Positions 1 through 12,319 of a DNA stretch of 64,000 bases are shown here, piece after piece. Position 1 is the stretch's first letter; every line of letters starts with the position of its first letter. Both the position numbers and the translations under genes were made by a program. The stretch spans positions 16,077 to 80,076 of the forward strand of contig CAXHJY010001118.1 in NCBI GenBank assembly GCA_964016885.1, written 5' to 3'. The notes under the pieces were generated by a model that made no database searches, was not told the origin of the DNA, and worked only from the letters and a program-made list of their open reading frames with translations. The stretch is from Eledone cirrhosa (lineage: Eukaryota).

Positions 1-289
1 TTGAATAATTGAGGTTTGTTAGAACAGCCTTGTACATGTTAAGTATTGTAAAACTATAGCAGTGAGAGACTTGTACTAAAAGATTTCAAACATTATCTAA
101 TGATTGTCTTTATAAGAGCTTTCAGTAATTATAAGTAATTACATGCACCAATAAATGTTGACATTTCATAAAGAGATGTGTGAAGATATTTTTAAATTGA
201 TAAAAACTGTAAGGATACCATTTTATATACTGCTGTAACATACAAATGGCTTTAGATATCTAGAAACTAGATTAAAACATCCTACTTAC

Positions 290-1457
290 CTGAATTTTCA
301 TTTGTCATGGACTTGCTAGCACCTTCTATCTTTTCTGTTGCTTTGGTATCTTCACCAGTGATGTCATGATTTGTTTCGTCAAAATTTGTTTGTTTAACTA
401 TATTTTCTTCTGAAATATTTCCATCTGCACTGTCATTAGATTTAACTTCCTGAAGTGTATTGGCACTATTCACTATTTCATTAGTTTCTTGCAAAGAACT
501 AATAATAGTTGATTCACATATAGCTTCTGGAACAGAGGACTGATTGACTTTTTCAGCATTATTACTTGAACTGGTCTCATAATCGGTTGATGCAGCACAG
601 TATTCTGAAACAGTTTTTGTATCTGTTTCAACATTTTCTTTTGAAATACTACTAATGCCTTTAGCTTTTGTTTGAATGAGTTGTTCAGATTTTTGTGGAA
701 TATTATCAAAATTTGATCCACTGCTTCGACTTTGGAAAAGGTTTTCCAGCATTTTGGCTCTAGATGACATATCTGATTTACTCATTCTATTTTCTATTAC
801 ATTATCAGTATCTGCATTCGTTTTGGGGACAGTGCCTTTCATATTATTTTCCTCAAAATTTCCAGATTCTAACTGTGGATATGAATTTGAATGTTTACTG
901 TCATGGTCTACAACAGATTTTGCCATGTCAGTGCTCAAAGTTGAAGAGAAATTATTTTGTTGGTAACTATTTTCAGTAACAGCTTTAGTAATTGTTTCTT
1001 CTAGTTTATGTATTTGGCCACTGTCTGGAGTTTTATGAGCAGTTTTCTTCATTACATTTTTATTACTTGTGTTTTTAACTACTGGATATTCAAAGTCGTT
1101 TATTTTATTTTCTATTGGTTTAATAATAGATTTAGTTTGACCAGTTGTCTTCAGAAGAAATTTACTCACATTTTCTTTAGCATCTCTGTCAACAGTATTT
1201 GCAATTTCTGCTCTAATATCATCAACAGTACTTCTGCTTGAAAATTCTTGGATTAGCATATGGCCTTTTGCTTTTCCTGGCATCTTTTTTAAATTTGGTG
1301 CTTCACTTTTTACCTTCTTAATGTCTTCATAACCATTTTGTAATTGAGGATAAGATTCAGTTTCTTTATCCACAACATCTTTGATGTGATTTGAATCGGG
1401 TCTTTTATTTTCAGTATTTACCACAGCGGATGAAATGGGTTCAGTCTTTTGCTTGTA
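290..1457 (-). CDS. Large internal coding exon (1168 bp) of the minus-strand gene; S/T/N/E/K-rich, probably disordered region
   Basis: Stop-free frame (ORF 282-1424 extends to 1457). Acceptor cttttcttcag|TACAAG at 1458/1457 (phase 0); donor TCAG|gtaagt at 290/289 (phase 1). Phase matches exon 3189-3383. Confidence 0.88.
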
Positions 1458-1879
1458 CTGAAGAAAAGTTAGGATAAGGGTATGTATAAATAAACTCCCA
1501 ATAGCTTCATAAATATTAAAGGATAAAAATGAAATTGCTTCTTTATATAAAAATATACAGTAGAATCTAACTAGATGAGATGTGTTTCATCACACACACA
1601 CACATACACACACATGTTCTCTGTATGTGTGTTTACATTTTATTGAGAAACTACAAAATGTAGACCCACAAAACCACATATATTATCATTTGCTATCCAA
1701 CAGGAAAGGTTTATATAACAATTATTCTGAAATATAAAGTAGCAAGGTTTTTAATTCATTTTTTAGAAATATTCCCATATTCATATTGAAAAATTTGAAT
1801 GAGAGAGAGAGAGAGAGACTAAGATGCAAATTGATCAACTGGGATGAAGTGACCATGAACTACAAATGAGCAGTTGAAC

Positions 1880-2730
1880 CCTTGGTTTGAAAAATGCAGG
1901 ATCTGAAAGGTAATGCACATATAATGAGAAGTTTTCAGGCAAACTTTACCCACAATTCCTCGAGGAACCCAAGCTAATCTGATCAATCCTTGCCTTGAAA
2001 GACTTTTATGTCTGGATCCATAATCTGCAACCAAATTTTACTACTAATATGCAAGTGCACTTGACTAGTGGTGATGCTGATGCTGTGAAACCAACTTCTT
2101 GAAAAGAACTCCAATAAATTCAATTGTCATTCAGACATATTATTGAAACAACAGAAACTAATTGTCAGAGTCTTTCCTAACATTCACATCAGACAATATG
2201 ATCATAAATGGATCTGCAAAAGAGCAATCAGCACTGAAGAATGTTGCTGTGAGAAAGTTGTTGGTCACACTTGTGGGAGAGAAAATATGCAACAAATTAA
2301 TAGGCATAGCCACTTTGAAGGATCAGGTTGTAAATTATTCAATCAAATTCTGATCAACCAGAAACCAGCAGGAATCCCTCCACATTGTCTGATGCTAAAA
2401 GCTTGGGACATTGATTGTGTTACTCTGTGATCTAGATCCTCCAAAGGTTTTCAATGGCACAAAAGTTACCATCAAATATACATATCTTGTTTTGGCGGTC
2501 ACAATCATGCCAAGAAAATTTGCTGGTGACAGCTGTTTAATTCTTAGTATACCACTGAAGCCAACTGGTTTACCATATGAATTTCAAAAGATTTAATTTT
2601 CTGTCAGACCTATCTGAGAAGAATCTGATAGATTTATGTTGCAACTTCACAAATTAAGAACTTTCATGGTCTCTTCATTGTAGCACTACAGAGCAAAACC
2701 AAAAATATTTATTCCAAGGTTTTGGAATGA
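1880..2730 (+). mobile_element. Degenerate Helitron Rep/Hel remnant (Pif1-like helicase C-terminal half)
   Basis: Frameshifted motifs FRQTLPTIPRGTQANLI, VFPNI..KWICKRAI, PAGIPPHCLMLK, LLCDLDPPKVFNGTKV and IPLKPTGLPYEFQ resemble Helitron helicase motifs (GDFRQ.LP, LLRNL.PP.LCNGTRL, IPRIPL.P..LPF.F.R). Confidence 0.8.
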
Positions 2731-3068
2731 ACAAATAAATAATCAAGGTCCTTTTAAAATAAATATCTAGCTGATGAAACTCATTTATGCCAGGCTGGCT
2801 GCCAATCCATATGCAAATGAGTTTCATCAGCTCATAAACATAAGCAGAATTCTATAAGAATCCAGCTTAATTTAGATTCAGCAAAGCCAGGGAAATATGT
2901 ACTCGTGATACCACTAATGAGTCAGAAACAGTGGCATCGTCGATTACTTCCTCCTGCTTTTGCTGAAGCTAGGTATGTGGCGATCGGCACAACCTTAAAA
3001 TTCATAACGAAAGGCCTTCCAAATGTTTTTCACAAACATCCCATATATTATTAAATAGGCAATACATA

Positions 3069-3145
<77 letters not shown>

Positions 3146-3188
3146 GCTTTGTTTTTAAAAATTTTAAGAAAATTCCATTCTGACTTAC

Positions 3189-3383
3189 CTCTGAAAAGCA
3201 TTTCATTGACCGATTAATCAATTTGGCAATTGAAGAATTTAAATTTTTCAACTGAGTTTTTGAAGAAGTATAAGTATCAGAATTGATTTCATTCTCTGCG
3301 TCTAAAAGAGCTTGTAGCTGGTACACCTCACCCTGTTCTTTCTTTATTTTATTTTGGATAAAAGATATCGAACTGGAGAGTTC
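3189..3383 (-). CDS. Coding exon (195 bp, 65 aa: ELSSSISFIQNKIKKEQGEVYQLQALLDAE...KCFSE), predicted coiled coil
   Basis: Acceptor gtttcag|GAACTC at 3384/3383 and donor TCAGAG|gtaagt at 3189/3188; phase 0-0; open frame. Confidence 0.88.
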
Positions 3384-3813
3384 CTGAAACATTCAATTAA
3401 AGATAAAAATCAAAGATATTTAGAGAATGTATATAATTTTTGACTTAAGAAGCTTTGAGAAAATTTGAAATTTGAAATGTGCATGTCCCAATTCCCAATG
3501 CAAATGATAATAATAACAGTCATGATTATACATAATAGTTGAAAACATAGGTTAAAGTGCCCCTGGAAACAGAAGTGGACAAAGGCACCTGCAAGGGATT
3601 GAAACAAACATCTCTCGGATATTAGGTATGTGTGTTAACCCCTATGTTAAAAAGCCGCTGGCCACCGATTTCATGTTATATTTTTTAGGAAGTTTTAAGT
3701 CTGTAGGTAGAAGTGTGAACAAAGCAGTTAACTTAAGAAGCATGGGGAAAATTTAAAATGTGTGTACCCCAATGCAACTGACCGACCATAATAATAATCA
3801 AATTATATATGTA

Positions 3814-4119
3814 CTAGCTGGCCTCGTGCTGTCAAAAATGATGGCTAATTGTAATATCTATACATAATATAAAAAAAAATATTTGTTTGTTGGTTGGCTG
3901 GTTGGTTGGTTCCTTCGCACTCACTAACATAAGTGATACAAACATACAAACACACAGCTGTGATGAAACTTAGAAGACTGGTCTACTATAGTTTCTCACC
4001 CTCCCCCACCTAGTCGACGTAATCACCCCTTCCTTCCTCAATCGACGTAATCACCACTTCCTTCACCAGTCATCTTTAATGTATTATGGACAAATACACA
4101 AAGCTATTATATTAATAGA
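3814..4119 (-). mobile_element. Non-autonomous Helitron
   Basis: On the minus strand it starts A|TCTATTAATATAATAG and ends with hairpin gccatcatttttgacagc followed by CAGCTAG|T. It lies between A and T with no TSD. Confidence 0.75.
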
Positions 4120-4629
4120 TACAACCACATCATTTTGTTTCCATTCTTCCATGTTGGCATGATGTTAATAGGACACATTACTTTGCTACTCATCTCAGCA
4201 ATAGAGAAAAACTGACCAACTTTGCTGTCATGGATATCAAGTTATATATTTGGTATGGTTTTGGTTGTTGGAAGCACTCCCTTTCATCAACTACTTTACA
4301 GTGTAACCTAGGTGCATTTTATTAGCCACCAGCACTAGACATATTCTCTGCAATAGAACTGAAAAGACTTTTCTATATTGTGTCAGACTTTATTCAGAGT
4401 TACTAGATGATGAGTAGTGCTTAGCTTCATAATTGAGAGATCATTTATCTCTATGGTCTAGAAGAGTTTACTTAGAAACAGGCAGACATTTGGAGTCTGA
4501 GACTGCTGGACAAAATGCTTCTTTATGTATTTATACACCCATGCTACCATGGAAGAACGGACGTAAAACAGTGATGATGATGAAACAGAAGTTAGAGTAT
4601 GTATATACATAATCATCATCATTATTTAA

Positions 4630-4787
4630 CCCTTTAGCATTTACATTACTCTATATATACTATTGTAATTTCGTGGTAAAGCCTTTATCTCACATAATTA
4701 TCTCAAATAATATCGAATCTATGCGATTTTGATATTTTCTATTTTGAGAACAATAGCTTAACATCTAAATGTTTAAATGCTAAAGGG
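4630..4787. mobile_element. piggyBac-type MITE (TTAA TSD, CCCTTTAGCATTTA TIR), internally deleted copy
   Basis: ttaa|ccctttagcattta ... taaatgctaaaggg|ttaa; same family as the copies at 21574, 30202, 31338/31481 and 31969. Confidence 0.8.
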
Positions 4788-6698
4788 TTAACATCTATTT
4801 TCTCTGCTTTCATTGGCTAAACAAGATGACTACATCTTGCTCATAAATTCCATTTTGGGCTTGGAGCCTTTGCTAATACCAACTACTTTTCAGCATGTAC
4901 AAGGAGCATTTTATTGTGGCACCAACACTTCCATCTTGTAGGGTGGCTGGGTGTTTTTTTATTGGGGCACCAGCACTACATATTACAATGCTAGAATATT
5001 CATTATGTACTCAGTCAGACTGAGTGATATGCCTACATATAGAGATAGATAAATATATTAATGAAGCAGAGTTTCAGCTTGTTGTAGCTTCTGTAAGGTT
5101 CTCCAGGGTAGTGATTGCTTTTAAGAGAGAAAAAATAAATCCCTGTTGGATTTGTAGAATTTAGTCACTTTGTCAGGTCATGGGGCCTTGGCTGGTTTTG
5201 TGGAAGGAACTATAGAAGTTGGTCAGTTGATGGCTGTTTAGGTGATGGAATGGTGTTAGTATCAAGCAGATTGGGTGGTGTACTTAGACAAATGATGTCA
5301 GATTTAGGCTATTCTTCAACAGAGAAGGGAGAAGGAGAAAGGGGCAAGTGGTTGGAGGTGGAAGGCATGCACTCATACACCAGTATATGTATATATACAC
5401 AGATCCCCCCCCCCCCCCCACATATATTATACACATACATACACCTATACCTCATTAAAATACCCATTCTGCATGCTCAAGTACTACTCTGATTTGTGGT
5501 CTTCTTGGTCATTGGACCATAGACATTCCATATATATATATATGTACACACACTCTGAAAAGTAGTTGGTGTTAAGAAAAGCATCCAGTCATAGAATCTA
5601 TGCCAAAAGTGGAATGTACGAGCATGGTATGGTACCCAAACTTGCTTACGATGGCTGTAACTTTAAACTGGAATTTACTCGGATCTCAACAAACCATCCA
5701 ACTCATTCCAGCATGCAAATTGGTCATAAACTGATGAGGATGATGCGTAAATATAGTTACATGCACATATACACACAAATGTAAATGCATCACTGAATTG
5801 GAGAAGGCTACTTAGTTCTGGTTGTAACCTTATGCAGATTACTGATCCTGGGTGCTAGAGAGAAATGCACTTGAAATAAAAGTCTCAGAGGAAACTTTGG
5901 TCATGTTTAGAAAATATTTTGTGAGGTAGTTGTATAATTTCAGACCTTTAAATGTCAAACTGTTGCAACATAAGTTCCTGTGATAGGAGAGTCTGAAGAA
6001 AGGGGTGTTGGTATCTGACAGCATCTTTCTGTCTTTTGCTTTTGTCTCTTGTATGCCAAAGTTGTAAAATGATTTCTAACTTGAGCACAAGGTCAGATAT
6101 TTGGGTCATTGGTATATTGCTTTAAATTAACCTCTGTACTTATTTTCTTAACTCCAGAAGAATGTAAATTAAAGTTTTTCCTGGTAGGATAAGAAGCATG
6201 TTAAGGAGCTTAACTCACTAATCAAAAGAATTAAATTTGATGTTTGTGTCCAATCATAATTTAGAAATTATTAGGAGTGGAAAACGAAAATTATGAGAAC
6301 TCGTTTCCTTAAGTAAGATCAAATAAAAGAATAAACTCTCTTGAATGTCAAAGTCTCACAATTATGTTAAACAAAACATTGTATAACTTTTTTTTTTTTG
6401 GTTAGTTGAAAAAAAAAATTAGATCTGTAAACAGAATGTACAATTTTCTTAGTCTTTACAAAATGGTAATGCTGGTTGAGCAGGTTTATAACTTGTAAGA
6501 CAACATTAACTAAGGGTCATTTGAGATTAACCCAGATTGGTGTGTTAATAGAAATGAAAGCCTTTCAGCTGATACCCACCTGTTTCAGTTATTCCTAGTA
6601 AATTTATCCTCACAAATATTTGAAAGTGAAAGATATATACATCATCATCATCATCATATATAAATATGTACATATCAAAACACACACACACATATATA

Positions 6699-8623
6699 TC
6701 ATCATCATCATCATCAACGTTTAACGTCCGTGTTCCACGCTTGCATGGGTTTGGACGGGGGTAGTCCCACTTGAGGCAAGAGTGATTGTCTTGCTCGCAT
6801 AGGACTGTCTGGCAGGTTTTCTACAGTTGGATGCCCTTCCTAACACCAACCACATTTACAGTGTGGGTCTGGGAGGTTTTTACCGTGTTGCCTACACGGC
6901 CACATTACAGCGTGGACTGTGTGTTTTTTTGTCGTGACACCTACACAATCTCATTTGTTTCGGCCTGGATGGCGCGGCACCAACATAACTTTACATAGAA
7001 TGGGGTGGTGTGGATGGGGTGGGGGTGGTGGTGGTGGGACGGGGTGTATTTTGTTAGAGATGCCTACTGGCTGGAGTAGGTTTTACTATATATTTAGGTA
7101 AGGCGGGTCTTCTCTGTTACTGAGTACCGCCAAAGGTCTCGGTCCAGTGACATTGTCTTGGAGAGGTGTAAGTGTGTGATGTCGGAGTTTATCAGCTCGT
7201 CCCAGGTTTTTCTAGGTCTGCCTATTCCGTGACTACCGTCTATCTTTATTGCCCTGCACTTTGTTATACAGCTATCGACTTTCATGCGCATCACGTGTCC
7301 ATACCAACGTAGCTTTCTCTCGAGTAAACAACATCTGATCCCTCTTATCTCTAATTTTTTCCTTAGTTCGTTTATGCTTTGCCGTTCACGTATATTACTG
7401 TTACACATCCAGCGGAGCATGCAAGCTTCGTTCCTCTCTAGTCTGCGTATATCCTCTGCACACAATGCCCAGGTCTCACTGCCATGCAACATTGCTGTTC
7501 GTATGCAGGCATCGTACAACCTGCCTTTCATTTTTAGGGAGAACTCTTTAGCAGCTAATAGTGGTATAAGCTCTCTGAACTTTTTCCAACCAGTTCTGAC
7601 TCTAGCTACAGTACTTTCAGAGCACCCTCCCCCACTGCTGATTTTATCGCCCAGGTAACGGAAGCTGTCCACTATTTCTATAGAACCCTCTGCGCAATTG
7701 AAAGAGCTAGTATTTTGTGGGCACTTGCTGCTACTTATTGCACCAGAACACCGGCCACATGTAAAATCTATGTTCTTAGTTAGCTTACCTGTGATCCCAC
7801 TACATCTTTTATGCACCCATACTTTGCATTTAGGACATAAAATGGAGTTTCTACCTACGCCTTTCCTACACACCGAGCACGACCATTTCCCAGAAGGGAC
7901 CGCCGCCTTGTTTTCTTTCCTACAAACTAGAACTTTGGTCTTAGCCAGGTTAATTTTAAGTCCTTTTGACTCTAGGCCGTGCTTCCATGTTTGGAATTTC
8001 TTCTCTAGCTCGGCCATTGATTCCGCTATGAGTGTCAGGTCGTCTGCGTATAGGAGTTCCCATGGGCAGCCTGTCTTGAACTCCTCTGTTATAGCCTGAA
8101 GGGCAATAATAAATAGTAGGGGGCTGAGAATAGAGCCCTGATGGACGCCAACTTTTACGCTAAACTCTTCACTATATTCGTTGTTAATTCTAACCTTGCT
8201 GACTGTTTCTTTATACATGGCTTGTATACCCCTCACAAGCCATTCGTCAACGCCTAGTTTTCTAAGAGCCCACCAGATAATGGAGCGGGAGACTCTGTCG
8301 AAGGCTTTCTCCAAGTCGACAAAAGCTAAGTAGAGGGGTTTACCTTTAGCTAGGAACTTCTCCTGTAGTTGTCGTACTATGAAAAGAGCGTCTGTGGTAC
8401 TTTTGCCTGACACAAACCCGAACTGCATTTCATCTAGGTCAATTCTCTCTCTGATTAGTTGCGCTATTACTTTTTCCGTGACCTTCATGACCTGGTCGAT
8501 TAATTTAATGCCTCTATAGTTACTCCTATCTAGGGCGTCTCCTTTACCCTTATAACAGTTAACGATGATGCTGCTATGCCAGTCCTTCGGAACAACCCCA
8601 TTCTGTACGACTTGGTTAACTAT
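6699..8623 (-). mobile_element. 5'-truncated RTE-clade LINE (RT + PHD finger + C-terminus + 3' UTR with (GAT)n tail)
   Basis: Open ORF 7094-8647 with NYRGIKL, QFGF, FVDLEKAFDRV, GVHQGSILSP, LLYADD, FRYLG and GRPRKTW. The 3' UTR ends in aaacgttgatgatgatg. Confidence 0.95.
7094..8623 (-). CDS. RTE LINE ORF fragment: reverse transcriptase with C4HC3 PHD finger; no true start codon (5'-truncated)
   Basis: About 510 uninterrupted codons; the ORF-track Met comes from the flanking TA repeat. Confidence 0.85.
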   Translation of the reverse strand: MVNQVVQNGVVPKDWHSSIIVNCYKGKGDALDRSNYRGIKLIDQVMKVTEKVIAQLIRERIDLDEMQFGFVSGKSTTDALFIVRQLQEKFLAKGKPLYLAFVDLEKAFDRVSRSIIWWALRKLGVDEWLVRGIQAMYKETVSKVRINNEYSEEFSVKVGVHQGSILSPLLFIIALQAITEEFKTGCPWELLYADDLTLIAESMAELEKKFQTWKHGLESKGLKINLAKTKVLVCRKENKAAVPSGKWSCSVCRKGVGRNSILCPKCKVWVHKRCSGITGKLTKNIDFTCGRCSGAISSSKCPQNTSSFNCAEGSIEIVDSFRYLGDKISSGGGCSESTVARVRTGWKKFRELIPLLAAKEFSLKMKGRLYDACIRTAMLHGSETWALCAEDIRRLERNEACMLRWMCNSNIRERQSINELRKKLEIRGIRCCLLERKLRWYGHVMRMKVDSCITKCRAIKIDGSHGIGRPRKTWDELINSDITHLHLSKTMSLDRDLWRYSVTEKTRLT

Positions 8624-8790
8624 ATATATATATATATACACACACATACCAGTACATTTTGGGGTTAGATAATCATTGTAAATCCACTAAGGATTGTGTA
8701 CATGTTTTATTAAAAGTCGAATAAAGAGTATTTTATTGAACTCACTGTTTTGATAAAATAAATATATATTACATACATATATGAAGAAGA

Positions 8791-8832
<42 letters not shown>

Positions 8833-9559
8833 TCTTCACCCACTTATTTCTGAGATGGTCATGGGGGCAGAATCATCAGACATACCCTACCAGTGGGTAT
8901 ATATATATTGGTATACTTTGGGAGGGTTATGTTGCCAATAAAAACACATGCACACCAATCAAGTTTCATTTCAGTTTATTATTAGTTGAGTAACTAATCC
9001 TAATCCATTTGTTAGTTAGTTTAGTAACCAGATGGTTATTTCATTGTTAATTGTCAAAGCTCTTTCATCACACATACTGTCACCATCTCAATGACTATTA
9101 TTGCTCATCTTTGCTCTAATCTTGTTCTATGTACACCATCTTGTATTTTTGAGGTGTGTATGTGGTCTGCATGTGGGTTTGTGTCTATGTGTGTATAACT
9201 CTATGCTGCTACTTCTACAAGCCTTTTAGCAGCCTCTGTCTCACCAAACCATCAATCATTACCTTAAGGAACCAAAACGACACCCCCATTGAAAGATGGT
9301 GCAGGTGGACCAGAGTGACACAGACCTCTGAAAACCATGCGATGAGAGAGAAGAATAGAGAGAATAAAGAAGAAAGTAGATAAGGTCAATTCGTGGTATG
9401 ACACCAAAAAAATACCCGAGTGTGGTGTTAATTGATGCTACACCCAGAGGTGAACTAGGTTATAGATTTAGAAGGTTTTAGATAAATTAGAATTAAAAAT
9501 TAAGATAGTAGAAATGCCAAGAATTCCTATAAATGCCCTGATCAGTAGAACTTACCCTT

Positions 9560-12050
9560 TTAAGAAAATCCTTCATACCAATGCAGTCTTCTCTCGCGTA
9601 CACCACTTCAGATTACTCATAAACCCAGTTTTGCCCTCAGTTCATCCAAGCTCTGCCTTTCTCTCACATTAACATTGCACATCCAACAAAGCCAGGTTAC
9701 TTCATTTCTCTCCAGCCTACATATATCCTCTGCAGTCACTGCCCATGTTTCAATACCATGCAGCATCATACTTTGCACACAGGCATCATACAACCGTTCT
9801 TTTGTAAGTAGGGAGAAAACTTTTGTTGTCAACAGGGGAAATAGTTCTCTAAACTTCTTCCATCCTATCCTTATTCTAGGTATTATGCTCTCAGAGCAAC
9901 TTCCTCCATTGCTAATTTGGTCACCAGGATAACAGAAGCTATCAACCACTTCTATGGATCCTTCATGTGACTGGAAAAAGTTTATATCACTGAAACTCTT
10001 GGCGTCAGTTACCCCTGTGCATTTTCCACATCCAAAATCTTCCCTTCCTTGTTAGTCTATTATCCCACTACATCTCTTGTGTACCCAAGATTTATATTTT
10101 GTATATTGTATAGTGTTTAGGCCTACTCCCTTACATATTGAACAGAGCCACTTCCTACTCATTAGCATTTTAATTTTAGCTAAGTTTACTTTCAAACTTT
10201 TTGATTCCAAACTATTGGAACTTATTCTCTAGTTCTTTTATGGATTCAGTTTTAAGGACCAGATCATATGCATAAAGAAGTTCCAATGGACAGCCAGTCT
10301 TAAACTCTTCTTTTATGGCCAGGAGAACTGTGATGAACAGCAGTGGGTTGAGAACCAAACTCTGATGAACTCCTACATGTACCTTGAATTTCTCACTAGA
10401 CTCATTTCTTACTCTTACTTTACTGACAGCTCCTCCGTACATGGCTTGCACTGCTCTCACCAGTCATTCTTCTACACTTAACTTTCTTAAGGACCACCAG
10501 ATAACAGATCAAGGTACTCTGTGAAAGGTATTTTCTAGATAAAAAAAAGCTAAATATAGCAGCTTATTCTTGGCTAGGAACTTCTCTTGTAGTTGTCTCA
10601 CTAAGAAGAGGGCATCTGTATACTCTCAGATATAAAACCGAAATGCATATAATCTAATTTGTCTGTTTCTCTAATTAGCTGTGCTATAACTCTTTCCATC
10701 ACTTTCATAACTTGGTCTATTAGTTTTATTTCTCTATAGTTGCTCCTTTCTAGAGCATCACCTTTACTCTTGCAGAAATTTATGATTGTACTGCTGTGCC
10801 AGTCATTGGGTATGACTCTGTCCTGTATCACCTGATTGACTATGTGGGTTATGATTTTGGCTCCTACTTCCCTTGACAACATTAGCATCTCAGCAACTAT
10901 CACTGACAGTCCCATGGCTTTACCATTCTTCATTTCCTTGATTGCTTCTTTGAACCTATAACTGTCAATTTCAATAGCTGATCCCTAAGTTAGGGGTAGT
11001 TTCTCTTCCATCCGTTCATTCTCTGCATTCATTAACCTCTCATAGTAACATTTCCAGACCTCTCCTGTTTGAGCATCAGTGTCATTTCTAACATATTTTT
11101 CCCCAACAACATACCAATTCACACTGACACACTGCCTTGCAATGCAGAACACTTCACATCTCTGATCCTTACATCGTAAAATATTGGCAAACTTTCTTTT
11201 TTCAGCCTCATTCTGAGTTGTGCATACTTGTCATGTAGCTTCTATCTTAGCTATCTGATACTGGTCTCTGCTACCCCAATTTTTCCAGTCTTTCCACACC
11301 TGTCTCTTGGTTTTAATGGTTCTATCCACTGTGCTGTTTCCCCACCAGCTCACACTCTGTCTGGCTGGTGCTTTACTCCAACCACAAGTATCATCAGTAG
11401 TTCATGTTAGGTTGTCACAACAATTTCCAATTGTCCACTATGTCATATATATAACTCATCTCCTCTCTCATCAAATGCATCTCATAGGCCTTTCTAAAAC
11501 TATATTTAACAGAGAGGTCCTGTAGCTTCCAAACCCACCGTCTCATTTTCCTGCATATCTTGTTCCACCTTGTAATTATTCTGATGTCACTAATAACTAA
11601 CTTGTGTTTGGTGGTATATTCTTCTCTGGGTAAGGCCATAACATTTATTACTGTCCATTTATTTCATTGTCTTACAAATAAAGCATTAATTTAGCTTGTG
11701 TGTTCACCTGATTGGTATGTGATCAGATGGCTGGCTGGTTACCTGAAATTTCTGTTGCACATGATTAGTTTGTTTGCATCACAGAATTTCAGGAGCCTCA
11801 CTCCATTTCTTGAACCATAACCATAGCCACCATGAACTCCAGTGAATTCTTCGTAGTACTTTCCAACATGTTCATTGATGTCACCTGTAACTGAAGTTGC
11901 CCCAAACAGTTCCTCATAGAACCTGTCCTTTTTTTGCTTTACTCAGTCCTGCCTGTGGAGCATAGGTAGAAGTAATTGTCACCATTCTATTTCCTACAGC
12001 TATTCTAAGCTTGATAATACTGTCACTTACTCTAACTACCTCTTTCACCC
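9560..12050 (-). mobile_element. Older degenerate RTE-PHD LINE copy (endonuclease, RT and PHD remnants)
   Basis: Broken ORFs 9617-9949, 10212-10460, 10601-10933 and 11415-11639 are homologous to the 6699-8623 and 22900-25350 elements; many stops and frameshifts. Confidence 0.9.
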
Positions 12051-12070
12051 CCTCTATATATATGTATATT

Positions 12071-12105
<35 letters not shown>

Positions 12106-12319
12106 GAATATTAATTAATGGTTAATTAGTCTCTAATACTTAAACATCTCAATGAGAGAAATCTCTCAGAGAAACAAGATTATGTATTAAAATCAAGTGA
12201 CAAAAACTTTAATTATGGGACTACTAACAAGATAGAATAGACAAAAAAAAAAATATTCTATATAACCATGCTGCCTTGCTAAAAGAAACAGTATGTATTA
12301 TATCTTTATATCTAAGTTA

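Noticed and set aside
7000-7046. G-quadruplex-like G-tract
   Set aside because: It is the antisense of a variable C-rich tract in the RTE 3' UTR present in other copies; no locus-specific evidence of function.
7284-8099. Plus-strand ORFs of 124 and 133 aa
   Set aside because: Antisense shadows of the RTE ORF.
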